Source: Clostridiaceae bacterium
GTDB lineage: Bacteria; Bacillota; Clostridia; DSM-8532
Length of the DNA stretch: 64,000 nucleotides
Direction: 5' to 3'
NCBI GenBank assembly: GCA_012728095.1
Contig: JAAYFU010000022.1
Span: 33,350-97,349 of the forward strand
How positions within the stretch are numbered: the stretch's first letter is position 1; the number at the start of each line of letters is the position of its first letter. A model generated the notes under the pieces. That model was not told the DNA's origin and ran no database searches. It worked only from the letters and a program-made list of their open reading frames with translations. Below, in pieces: positions 52,044 through 60,494 of the stretch. A program made the position numbers and the translations under genes.

Positions 52044-53093
52044 TTACATCATTCCCATGAACTTAAGAATTTGGGGTCCTATTTCATAATTAAGCAGCAA
52101 TAAACCCAATCCGGTATAGACAATACCAATCATAATAAGCCCCGGTATTCCGGCAATCATGCCTTTGCCGCTGCCTTTAATAACGTCAGGCTTTTCCACC
52201 GTGTTTTGGGTCATGTATCTCAAAACAATAATAAGGCCAAAAATAACAACGATACTTATTACCAGTATAACGGACAGCACTGCTGCCATGACTACTAGCA
52301 ACTGTTCGATTGACATATTGTATCGTTCCGCCATCTCAAGGAACTCCGGTAAAACAAAGGGATCAGTCACCACCTGAGTACCTTGTGGAGCCGAACCTGC
52401 CGCACGGTTTGCAATAAGTGTCAATAAACCATTATTGCAAAAATGTAGTATCATACCGTTAAAAATTGAGCCGGTGCGATAAACCACATATGCCGCCAAG
52501 AATCCGATCAGGGTCTGGGCTGCCAGCCTTTGAAAATCAAAATGGAATAATCCGAATAATAATCCGCTTAAAAATACGGACCAGCCTGCTCCTATCCTTT
52601 CAAGGCCCCTCTGGATCATCCCTCTGAAAAGCAATTCCTCGCAGATCGCCGGTAATACAGCTATTAATAACAGGGAAACAATAAGATTCTTGGAAAAAAA
52701 ATCAGTGATTTCTCCACCGATATATACTCTTCCAAAAATGCCCTTTACTGCGAGAAGCCCTATAAATCCTGCGCAGAATCCCGCAATCACCATAACCGGA
52801 CTTATGACCAGCATAAGTAAAACTTCCATTGGCTTTGGCGCTTTTATTCTGAAGGTTTCTTTAATATCGTATTTCCTGATAAAAGCCAACAGAAACGGTG
52901 GTACAACTAAAAACAGGATTTGGGAAAGCAGCAGGTTTATTTCTGTGGGAAAATTGAACCTGATGATATACCTGGATGCATAAACGTAGTAAATCGCGAC
53001 AATCGTGTACAATAATCCTGAATCAAATGGCACCGGTAAATTTTTCCGCTCATTTCCAATTTCTTTTTCCATATAATTCCCCGCTTTAATCAT
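52044..53093 (-). CDS. CPBP-family intramembrane glutamic endopeptidase (CAAX protease-like)
   Basis: 349 aa, polytopic. EELLFRG, FGLFH and HFCNN motifs are present. The start is ATG 53093 or 53072. Confidence 0.82.
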   Translation of the reverse strand: MIKAGNYMEKEIGNERKNLPVPFDSGLLYTIVAIYYVYASRYIIRFNFPTEINLLLSQILFLVVPPFLLAFIRKYDIKETFRIKAPKPMEVLLMLVISPVMVIAGFCAGFIGLLAVKGIFGRVYIGGEITDFFSKNLIVSLLLIAVLPAICEELLFRGMIQRGLERIGAGWSVFLSGLLFGLFHFDFQRLAAQTLIGFLAAYVVYRTGSIFNGMILHFCNNGLLTLIANRAAGSAPQGTQVVTDPFVLPEFLEMAERYNMSIEQLLVVMAAVLSVILVISIVVIFGLIIVLRYMTQNTVEKPDVIKGSGKGMIAGIPGLIMIGIVYTGLGLLLLNYEIGPQILKFMGMM

Positions 53094-53697
53094 ACTTTAT
53101 TTTCTTTACTCTTGATGAAGGCCAAAGAATAAATGTTGCTTTACCTTCAACAGAATTTATGCTAATCAAATCGGCGGCTGTCATCGGACATCTCCCTGTT
53201 ATCCCCCATAACAAATAATTTATTTTCAGGTACCTTAAGGGGATATTCCATATTCCCTTTGGAAGTTTTCCCTAGAACATACGTTTTTTTCTCCGGCTCA
53301 CCGTTTACATATACATTACCGTCATCGTCTATCTCAATGACATCTCCGGGTAAGCCAATAATGCGCTTAACATAACGCACATTTGTACGCTCACTTTTTC
53401 CCGTCAGTAAATCCATTAAATCAGTAAATTTTATCTTTACAGCATCGAATATCCCATGTATTTCCCTGCCTTCTGCCAAGAAAAGCACGATATCTCCCCT
53501 ATTAAAATGCTCCGGTTTATTGGCAAGCCGATTATATAATAAACGATATCCCCTTCAAGCAAAGTGTTTCTAATGGAAACCTGTTTTACTTCGGATATGG
53601 TAAATAACGTAATATTTAGAGTGAAAACAATAATAAAGATTACCGTTATTGTAACCGTAAGACTTATTATTTCCCCAATCAGTCTTTTTACTTTCAT
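53086..53697 (-). pseudogene. Signal peptidase I (S26) gene disrupted by two frameshifts
   Basis: Homology-consistent sequence is spread over three frame segments. Segment 1: MKVKRLIGEIISL(TM)...VSIRNTLLEGDIVYY. Segment 2, after a shift near 53531-53540: NRLANKPEHFNRGDIVLF...YVKRIIGLPGD...FVMGDNREMSDDSRRF. Segment 3, after a shift near 53164-53168: ISINSVEGKATFILWPSS...KYD, with its stop at 53086. Confidence 0.8.
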
Positions 53698-53791
53698 CGA
53701 CACCGCTCCGAATAATTTGCCATAAAAATTACTACATTCATTAAATTCTTATAAAGATTATATCATAATATCATAAGTATAAATCTTACAA

Positions 53792-53945
53792 GTCATTCTG
53801 AGTACTGGCAAAGAATCTTCTCCGATTTGTCATTCTGAGCGAAGAGAAGAATCTCTTTGTTGACGTAAAAGATCCTTCGGTTTCGCTCATACTCGGCTCA
53901 GGATGAAGCCAAGGCATGCCATCCCGGGAGCCTGTGAAGAATCTT
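53792..53945. repeat. Intergenic palindromic repeat locus C
   Basis: Forward halves GTCATTCTGAGTACTGGCAAAGAATCT (53792-53818) and GTCATTCTGAGCGAAGAGAAGAATCTC (53829-53855). Reverse half GATCCTTCGGTTTCGCTCATACTCGGCTCAGGATGA (53871-53906). An extra GAAGAATCT lies at 53937-53945. Confidence 0.8.
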
Positions 53946-54051
53946 TATTATAAAATAACATAACATAATATAATAATATAAGTAACATCAGGCACTTGCA
54001 TCAAATAAAAAACAATGGTAGCATACTATTAAAACTTATAATTTTAAGGAG

Positions 54052-54666
54052 ATGAAATTTGTAATGCCTGACCCGAATCCGGATAAGTCGGACATGAGCG
54101 ATTATTTAGAAAACAGTGACATAATTGATTTTGAACATCCGTTGGTATCACAGACAGCAGAGCAGCTTACATACGGTCTTAAAGACAATCTTTCCAAAGC
54201 ACGGGAGATTTATAAATTTACCAGAGATCATATCTTCAATTCAATCGAAATTAACGCAACCAGTGTAACAAAGGCAGCTTCAGAGGTGTTGGATAAAGGG
54301 CATGGAATTTGTTTTGCCAAGGCACATCTTTTGGCTGCCCTGATGAGAGCTTCGGGCATTCCTGCCGGCTTTTGCTATCAGGTTATATATGACGAAGATC
54401 TTGAAAGATTGATTGTTCACGGGTTTAACGGAATCTATATTAGAGAATTGGATAAATGGTTACGTATCGATGCCTGTTTGCACCCGGACGTCAATGATTG
54501 GGAATTTGATCCCTTCAAGGAGTCAACCGTAAAAATTGTTCGGAAGGAAATTGGTGAATCTGACGATTTAACTGTTTATCATGCTCCCAATAAGAAGATT
54601 CTTAAAATTCTCAGTGCCGCAGAGACTTTGGAGGAGTTAATGCACCTTATTCCGTCTGAAATATAA
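54052..54666 (+). CDS. Transglutaminase-like cysteine peptidase domain protein
   Basis: 204 aa. GHGICFAKAHLLAALMRASGIPAGF (catalytic Cys region), then HGFNGIYI and WLRIDA (His/Asp candidates). Confidence 0.75.
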   Translation: MKFVMPDPNPDKSDMSDYLENSDIIDFEHPLVSQTAEQLTYGLKDNLSKAREIYKFTRDHIFNSIEINATSVTKAASEVLDKGHGICFAKAHLLAALMRASGIPAGFCYQVIYDEDLERLIVHGFNGIYIRELDKWLRIDACLHPDVNDWEFDPFKESTVKIVRKEIGESDDLTVYHAPNKKILKILSAAETLEELMHLIPSEI

Positions 54667-54668
54667 AA

Positions 54669-55472
54669 CTATCGGTTGAGGATGGCATGAGCCGATTCGA
54701 TAACGGTAGTTACAATAATCTCAGGCTTTATTTCCATACTTCCGTTTACTAAATACAGTAAGTACTCAATATTGCCTTCCGGCCCTTTTATAGGAGAAAA
54801 TGAAAGTCCTGCGACAGAAAAGCCCAACTCCAGGGAAGAAGCAATAACTGAATTTATAACTTCTTCATGGACCTTGGGATCTTTAACTACGCCCTTTTTC
54901 CCCACCTTGTTCCTTCCCGCTTCAAATTGCGGTTTAATAAGGCATACCACTTTGCCGAAAGGTTTCAACAGGTTTTTTAACGGAGGCAATATAAGTTTCA
55001 GGGATATAAACGAGACATCGACAGACCCGAAATCCAAAGGTTCGCTTATTTGTTCCCTGGTTACATAACGGAAATTTGTGCGTTCCATGCAAACTACTTT
55101 GGGATTGTTTCTGAGTTCCCATGCTAACTGGCCGTAGCCCACGTCTACTGCATATACTTTTTTGGCGCCGTTCTTCAGCATAACATCGGTAAAGCCGCCT
55201 GTTGACGCGCCTACATCCACACAGACCAGGTCTTTAAGGTCAATGTTAAACTCCAAAATTGCCTTCTCAAGCTTTAAACCTCCGCGGCTTACATAGGGAA
55301 TCGGTTTGCCTTTTATCTCTATGTCACAATCCTCGACGTACGACGAACCAGGCTTATCTGCACGTTCGCCGTTAACGTATACTATGCCGGACATGATGGC
55401 GGTTTTAGCCTTTTCACGACTTTCAAAGAATCCTTTGTTAACTAAAATTTGATCCAGTCTTACCTTAGCCAT
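54669..55472 (-). CDS. tlyA: TlyA-family rRNA (cytidine-2'-O)-methyltransferase
   Basis: 267 aa. S4 domain (VRLDQILVNKGFFESREKAKTAIMSG) and FtsJ-like domain (CVDVGASTGGFTD). Confidence 0.9.
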   Translation of the reverse strand: MAKVRLDQILVNKGFFESREKAKTAIMSGIVYVNGERADKPGSSYVEDCDIEIKGKPIPYVSRGGLKLEKAILEFNIDLKDLVCVDVGASTGGFTDVMLKNGAKKVYAVDVGYGQLAWELRNNPKVVCMERTNFRYVTREQISEPLDFGSVDVSFISLKLILPPLKNLLKPFGKVVCLIKPQFEAGRNKVGKKGVVKDPKVHEEVINSVIASSLELGFSVAGLSFSPIKGPEGNIEYLLYLVNGSMEIKPEIIVTTVIESAHAILNR

Positions 55473-55526
55473 AAATACCTCTGTTTCTTATTGCAATTTC
55501 GCAAAGTTATTACAAAGCAGTTTAAG

Positions 55527-55594
55527 CTCCTTCGACTCCGCTGCGCTCCGCTCAGGATGACAGTTTGGGGAGTGCTGCGCGGCCCTCAGGATGG
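55527..55594. repeat. Intergenic palindromic repeat locus D
   Basis: Reverse-orientation half CTCCTTCGACTCCGCTGCGCTCCGCTCAGGATGACAG (55527-55563), plus a second CCCTCAGGATGG fragment, between dxs and tlyA. Confidence 0.7.
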
Positions 55595-55599
55595 TATAT

Positions 55600-57504
55600 T
55601 CATCCATTCATGAAAAACTCTTTTATTATTGCGGATTTTATCCCTTCCGCATCAAGGCCGTATTTTTTGTATATGAGTTCTGTTTTTCCGTGTTCAATGC
55701 CTTTATTCGGAAGACCTATTATTTTTGTATACGCGCCGATCCGGGCATCATTTATAAGTCCTGTTACATAAGCCCCAAATCCGCCTTCCTGGATAACATC
55801 CTCAATCACTACGACTTTTTTTGTTTTTCTTGCTGACGTAAGTATCATTTCATCATCTACCGGTCGCAGAAATCTCGGATTTATGATTTCGCAAGAAATC
55901 CTTTCCGCCTCCAGCAATCTGGCTGCTTCAAAGGTACATTCCAGCATCTTCCCCACACCAATCAGGGTAACCGAGGTACCTTCCTTTAAAAGTACGCCTT
56001 TGCCATATTCGAGGGGAACGTCCGAACCTTCGAATTCACGGCCTGAACCCTTCGGATAACGGACGGCAACAGGCCCTTGATGTTTTAACACTGCATAATC
56101 CAGCATGTTTCTAAGCTCATTCGGCGATGCCGGAGACAGGATCGTCATATTTGGTATGGTGTAAAGATAGGAAACATCATAGATACCCTGGTGGGTTTCC
56201 CCGTCATCCCCTACGACTCCGGCGCGGTCTATGGCAAAAACCACCTTAAGGTTTTGCAAGGCTACATCATGAAGTATTTGGTCATATGCCCGCTGCAGGA
56301 AAGTAGAATATATGGCAACCACCGGCTTCACTCCGCCCATGGCCAGGCCGGCGGCCAGGGTTACGGCATGCTGTTCGGCTATGCCCACATCAAAAAATCT
56401 CCTGGGATACAATTCCCTGAACTGCGACAGACCTGTCCCGTCGGTCATGGCTGCCGTAATGGCAATAATCTTATCATCCTGTTTTGCCAGCTCGCACATT
56501 TTTCTGCCAAATATGCTTGAATAATCCTCGCTTCCTGAATTCACCAACTGGCCGGTCTCGATTTCAAAGGGCGCAACTCCGTGATAAACGCCCGGATTTT
56601 CCTCTGCAAACTTATATCCTTTCCCTTTTACGGTAACAACATGGACCAGAACCGGACCTTTCATTGTTTTAGCCTGTTCAAAAACTTCTACCATTTCTTT
56701 TATATTATGACCGTCAATTGGCCCGAAATAGCGAAAACCCAGGTCTTCAAAAAACATCGACGGTATAAACATACTTTTCATCGATGCTTTTATTTTATGC
56801 AGGAACTTTCTGAGCCTCCTGCCTGATCTGGGCAGCGAATCTATAAAGGCCTGCATAGATTCCCTGGTTTTATAGTAAAGAGGGCGAACGCGGATTTTGC
56901 TTAAATATCGGGACAGGCCCCCAACATTAGGCGCAATTGACATGCCGTTGTCATTAAGAATGACCAATAGATTGGTGCGGGACATACCGGCATCATTTAA
57001 TGCTTCCAATGCCATTCCTCCTGATAAAGCCCCGTCTCCTATTACCGCCACCACCGTATAATTCTCATGTTTTAAATCCCGCGCCCTTGCCATTCCCAAT
57101 GCCGCGGAAACCGAGGTACTGCTGTGCCCCGTATTAAATACATCATATTCACTTTCCTGGGTTTTGGGAAAACCTGCAATTCCGCCTAATTGACGCAGGG
57201 TTTCAAAACAGTCTTTGCGCCCCGTTAGAATCTTGTGTACATATGTTTGATGACCTACATCCCAGATTATTTTATCCACTGGCGCGTTCAAAACCTTGTG
57301 AAGTGCCAAAGTCAATTCCACAACACCCAGATTGGAGGCAATGTGGCCGCCGGTTTTAGAAATGGTATCAAGCAGAAACAGACGGATTTCTTCTGCCAAT
57401 ATACCCAGTTCATCATATGTCAGTTTCTTAAGGTCATCAGGCGAATTAATTCTTGAAAGATATCCATAACATTTGCTATCATTCTTAAACAACAAATAAT
57501 ACAC
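55600..57504 (-). CDS. dxs: 1-deoxy-D-xylulose-5-phosphate synthase
   Basis: 634 aa, GTG start. GGHIASNLGVVELTLALH, the TPP motif GDGALSGGMALEALN and transketolase-like C-terminal domains are present. Confidence 0.95.
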   Translation of the reverse strand: MYYLLFKNDSKCYGYLSRINSPDDLKKLTYDELGILAEEIRLFLLDTISKTGGHIASNLGVVELTLALHKVLNAPVDKIIWDVGHQTYVHKILTGRKDCFETLRQLGGIAGFPKTQESEYDVFNTGHSSTSVSAALGMARARDLKHENYTVVAVIGDGALSGGMALEALNDAGMSRTNLLVILNDNGMSIAPNVGGLSRYLSKIRVRPLYYKTRESMQAFIDSLPRSGRRLRKFLHKIKASMKSMFIPSMFFEDLGFRYFGPIDGHNIKEMVEVFEQAKTMKGPVLVHVVTVKGKGYKFAEENPGVYHGVAPFEIETGQLVNSGSEDYSSIFGRKMCELAKQDDKIIAITAAMTDGTGLSQFRELYPRRFFDVGIAEQHAVTLAAGLAMGGVKPVVAIYSTFLQRAYDQILHDVALQNLKVVFAIDRAGVVGDDGETHQGIYDVSYLYTIPNMTILSPASPNELRNMLDYAVLKHQGPVAVRYPKGSGREFEGSDVPLEYGKGVLLKEGTSVTLIGVGKMLECTFEAARLLEAERISCEIINPRFLRPVDDEMILTSARKTKKVVVIEDVIQEGGFGAYVTGLINDARIGAYTKIIGLPNKGIEHGKTELIYKKYGLDAEGIKSAIIKEFFMNG

Positions 57505-57505
57505 C

Positions 57506-58162
57506 TCAACTCAGCCGCTTCTTCCTGCATTTTTTATTATGCGTCCCTTTTCCTGAGAAAACTGCGATTATACGGCCAACTTTATAAACGATATAATTGG
57601 CGTTATTTATACCTATATTCTTGGCAAATGCTTTTCCTCCGACAGTGAAAGCCGCTGTTAAAGCGCCTATCAATATTTCAAGCAAAGAAACATTCGCATT
57701 GTCGGCAAAAAGCTTATATACGATGGCCGTTCCTGCGGCTCCGCTGACAACGCTGCATATATCTCCTATTACATCGTTGCAGAAGCTGGATACTCTGGGG
57801 GCATTGCGCAGTAAGTTTATTGATTCTCTGGCTCCTTTTTTCTTTTTTGATGCCATTGAATGAAAAGGGGTCTCATCTGCGGCCGTAACCGCCATCCCTA
57901 TAACATCAAACAACACGCCGATAAAAATAATCCCCAGCACGACCAATAACGCAAAGGGAGGTGAAATGGTTTTAAATATACTGGTGGAAGCAAATAATAT
58001 GAGTATTGACAGTGTAAAGGAAATAACCGTAATAAAAAGCCCCCACAAAACATGCTCTTTTTCTATGCCAGAGGCTTTTTTTACAGGTATATTCTCACCG
58101 GATAATTCTTTATACTTATCTATAAGTTTTATATATTTCTTTTCCGACTTTTCCTGGTTCAA
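57506..58162 (-). CDS. oapA: OLE-associated membrane protein A candidate (OapA)
   Basis: 218 aa, TTG start, about four TM segments, with duplicated FDVIGM / NDVIGD (DxxxD) motifs. It sits immediately 3' of the structured RNA and 5' of dxs, which is the published position of oapA. Confidence 0.7.
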   Translation of the reverse strand: MNQEKSEKKYIKLIDKYKELSGENIPVKKASGIEKEHVLWGLFITVISFTLSILILFASTSIFKTISPPFALLVVLGIIFIGVLFDVIGMAVTAADETPFHSMASKKKKGARESINLLRNAPRVSSFCNDVIGDICSVVSGAAGTAIVYKLFADNANVSLLEILIGALTAAFTVGGKAFAKNIGINNANYIVYKVGRIIAVFSGKGTHNKKCRKKRLS

Positions 58163-58202
58163 GAAAAATCCTGCCTTCTCGGTTTTTCAGCAATTTATAA
58201 TA

Positions 58203-58816
58203 AACAGGATGGCAACAACCCGGGTAAATTTTGCGGCTTAGGTCAGGCAGGTTTTCCCCGACAGATACCGAATCGTCGCCGTTTCGGCGGTTTCCCTTTA
58301 AATCCATCGTTGATAGGTTACCCTTGTCAAAGCCTGATTACCACTTAGTCCACACTGCAATCCCCGGATTGCCTCTTTTACAAACAGCCTAGGGGTTTTC
58401 CCCGAGAGCCTGTGCCTACTCTAGCCTCTTTTGCATCGCTGGTTTCAAACGGCAATATTGCTTATGTATCGGCCAATACATAAACACGTGATCCGTTATC
58501 CTCCAAACAACACTCAAGGCAGGCTACACTGCCCGCAGCATCAAAAGAGATACCGCCTGGCAGGTTCACTCCCTCATCGTAGTCAAGATTTTCGCTTGCG
58601 CGGGGCAATCTGTCTTCCACAATTGAGGGTCTCCGCGGTAAAGGGGTCAGTCTCCGCATGCCATTGCGGGCTGCCCCAAAACCTTAACTCCCAGCACCAG
58701 CCCATCACTGGGCGTAACAAGCCGGCACAAGGAACTTCATCGATGTGCCCTTTAACGGATTTTTAGGCCCGTCTTCGAAGTAGGCAGTACTGACTAGGAT
58801 ACTGCGCCATCCTGTT
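58203..58816 (-). ncRNA. ole: OLE (ornate, large, extremophilic) RNA candidate
   Basis: A 614-nt ORF-poor region, visibly richer in G+C than its surroundings. It is enclosed by the helix AACAGGAUGGC (58816-58806) / GCCAUCCUGUU (58213-58203). Many internal hairpins are present: GGCACA...UGUGCC, GCCCA-GUGA-UGGGC, UUAUGUAU-UGGCCG-AUACAUAA, GGGG-AAAA-CCCC, GCAAUC-CGGG-GAUUGC, CGCCG-AAA-CGGCG. The synteny nusB-xseA-xseB-ispA-[RNA]-oapA-dxs-tlyA matches the described OLE locus. Confidence 0.8.
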
Positions 58817-58858
58817 ATTTTACTGTTGTGAGAAAATATTATACACTATAAGCTGTTT

Positions 58859-59281
58859 TTATGCAAACAATAATGCTACCAGTATCCCCAAAGCGGCACC
58901 GGCAAACACTTGCACCGGTGTATGCCCCAACAGTACCTTTAGTTCTTTATCCACCCTGATTTCCCTGGAGTGATAAATCAGCTTGTTTAGAACCTCGGCT
59001 TGTTTCCCGGCCGCTCTTCTTACGCCTGCCGCATCTGCCATTACAATGAAGGACAATATGGTAGAAATGGCAAATTCACTGGAATTAAGTCCGTTTTTAA
59101 TGGCCATTACAGTTGCAAGGCATACTGTTATCGCACTATGGGAACTGGGCATTCCTCCCGAAGCGACCAGCTTCTTAAAGTCAATTTTCCTATGTTGAAT
59201 TAAATGAATGACAAATTTTATTAATTGAGCCAAAAACCATGAAATGATCGGCAAAGTTATGGCTTTGTTGGCAAAAAACAT
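58859..59281 (-). CDS. Divergent PAP2 family membrane protein (YuiD-like, DUF212)
   Basis: ASGGMPSSHSA, ADAAGVRRAAGKQA and LLGHTPVQVFAG match the YuiD-type acid phosphatase/haloperoxidase-related family. I prefer ATG 59281, which aligns with the YuiD N-terminus, over 59359, which would overlap ispA. Confidence 0.8.
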   Translation of the reverse strand: MFFANKAITLPIISWFLAQLIKFVIHLIQHRKIDFKKLVASGGMPSSHSAITVCLATVMAIKNGLNSSEFAISTILSFIVMADAAGVRRAAGKQAEVLNKLIYHSREIRVDKELKVLLGHTPVQVFAGAALGILVALLFA

Positions 59282-59327
59282 TTCCACCTGTGTCAAGTTC
59301 GTATCTCCCCTGTATATACCCTCATAT

Positions 59328-60230
59328 TCATTTATTTCTTTCCGAGATATAGTGCGCAATCTGGGTCAAAAACTCACTATTCTCCATTCCGTCCAGCGCT
59401 TTTACCGCATTTTCAACAGAAGTTTTAAGAAGTTCTTTAGCCTTTGCTATTCCCAAAATGCTGACAAAAGTAGATTTGTTATTGGCAGCGTCGCTTCCGG
59501 TCAATTTGCCCGTAACTCTACTGTCTCCTTCAAAATCAAGAATATCATCTTTTATTTGAAATGCCAGTCCTATGTTTTCGGCATAAATCTCCAGTTTATC
59601 AACAATGTTTTTTTCGGTATTGAAAAGTATGGCGGGCGCCAATACGGAAGCCCGGATCAATGCGCCAGTCTTCTTTTTATGCATTCGGCACAGTACATTA
59701 TATGAAATTTCCGCTTTTTCTGATTCCATATCAATAACCTGTCCCCCTATCATTCCTTTAACTCCTGAGGAAACAGATATCATGTAAGCGGTTTTCATGC
59801 GGGAATAATTCTTATTATCATCTTTCATTGTCTCTTTAAGCATGATTTCAAATGCAAGATTCAAAAGGCCGTCACCTGCAAGAACAGCCATAGCCTCACC
59901 AAATACCTTGTGATTTGTAAGTTTTCCTCTTCTGTAATCATCGTTGTCCATGCATGGGAGGTCATCATGTATAAGCGAATAGGTATGGATTAATTCAATG
60001 GCTCCGGCAAATGGGATTAATTCTTTTTCGTCCCCATGAATCAGGTCACAGACAGCCAGAGACAGAACAGGCCTGATTCTCTTTCCTCCTGCCATCAAGC
60101 TGTATCTCATGGCTTCATAGATTCTTTTTTCAGGCAATTCATCCTGCGAAAGTCTTACTTCCGGCAGGACCCCTTCCAGCCAATTCTCCACTACGGTTAA
60201 ATATTGTTTATACCTGGTATCAAAATCCAT
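59328..60230 (-). CDS. ispA: Farnesyl diphosphate synthase (polyprenyl synthetase)
   Basis: 300 aa. First DDxxD region LIHDDLPCMDNDDYRRG and second FQIKDDILD. Confidence 0.92.
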   Translation of the reverse strand: MDFDTRYKQYLTVVENWLEGVLPEVRLSQDELPEKRIYEAMRYSLMAGGKRIRPVLSLAVCDLIHGDEKELIPFAGAIELIHTYSLIHDDLPCMDNDDYRRGKLTNHKVFGEAMAVLAGDGLLNLAFEIMLKETMKDDNKNYSRMKTAYMISVSSGVKGMIGGQVIDMESEKAEISYNVLCRMHKKKTGALIRASVLAPAILFNTEKNIVDKLEIYAENIGLAFQIKDDILDFEGDSRVTGKLTGSDAANNKSTFVSILGIAKAKELLKTSVENAVKALDGMENSEFLTQIAHYISERNK

Positions 60231-60232
60231 TA

Positions 60233-60478
60233 CTACAAATCATCGGGGTTAAAGTCCTTCTCGATGATACCGTCCTTTCCCTCAATTAAGAGTGTAATTC
60301 GTTTTTCAATATCATCCAGTTTTTTATTGCATATCCGGACAAGGCTGATTCCTTTTTCAAATATCTTTATGGATTCTTCCAGCGGCAGGTCTCCGCTTTC
60401 AAGCATATTAACTATACTTTCCAGTTCCAGGACCGCCTGCTCATATGTAATATCGGCATTTTCTTCCTTATTGGTCAT
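60233..60478 (-). CDS. xseB: Exodeoxyribonuclease VII small subunit
   Basis: 81 aa. YEQAVLELESIVNMLESGDLPLEESIKIFEKGISLVRICNKKLDDIEKRI is the XseB pattern. Confidence 0.92.
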   Translation of the reverse strand: MTNKEENADITYEQAVLELESIVNMLESGDLPLEESIKIFEKGISLVRICNKKLDDIEKRITLLIEGKDGIIEKDFNPDDL

Positions 60479-60494
60479 TTTCCATCCTCCCGAC

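Noticed and set aside
58431-58766. 111-aa plus-strand ORF and 65-aa minus-strand ORF inside the 58.2-58.8 kb gap
   Set aside because: No RBS and an Arg/Pro/Cys/His-rich composition typical of translated structured RNA. The region is better explained as the OLE RNA.
58203-58816. Alternative identities for the structured RNA: tmRNA, RNase P RNA, group II intron, cobalamin riboswitch
   Set aside because: There is no tRNA-like acceptor/T-arm ending in CCA as tmRNA would have. There is no GAGGAAAGUCC-type P4 sequence as in RNase P. There is no domain V/intron-encoded ORF. It is too long and wrongly placed for a riboswitch, and no regulated gene motif follows. Size and synteny fit OLE instead.
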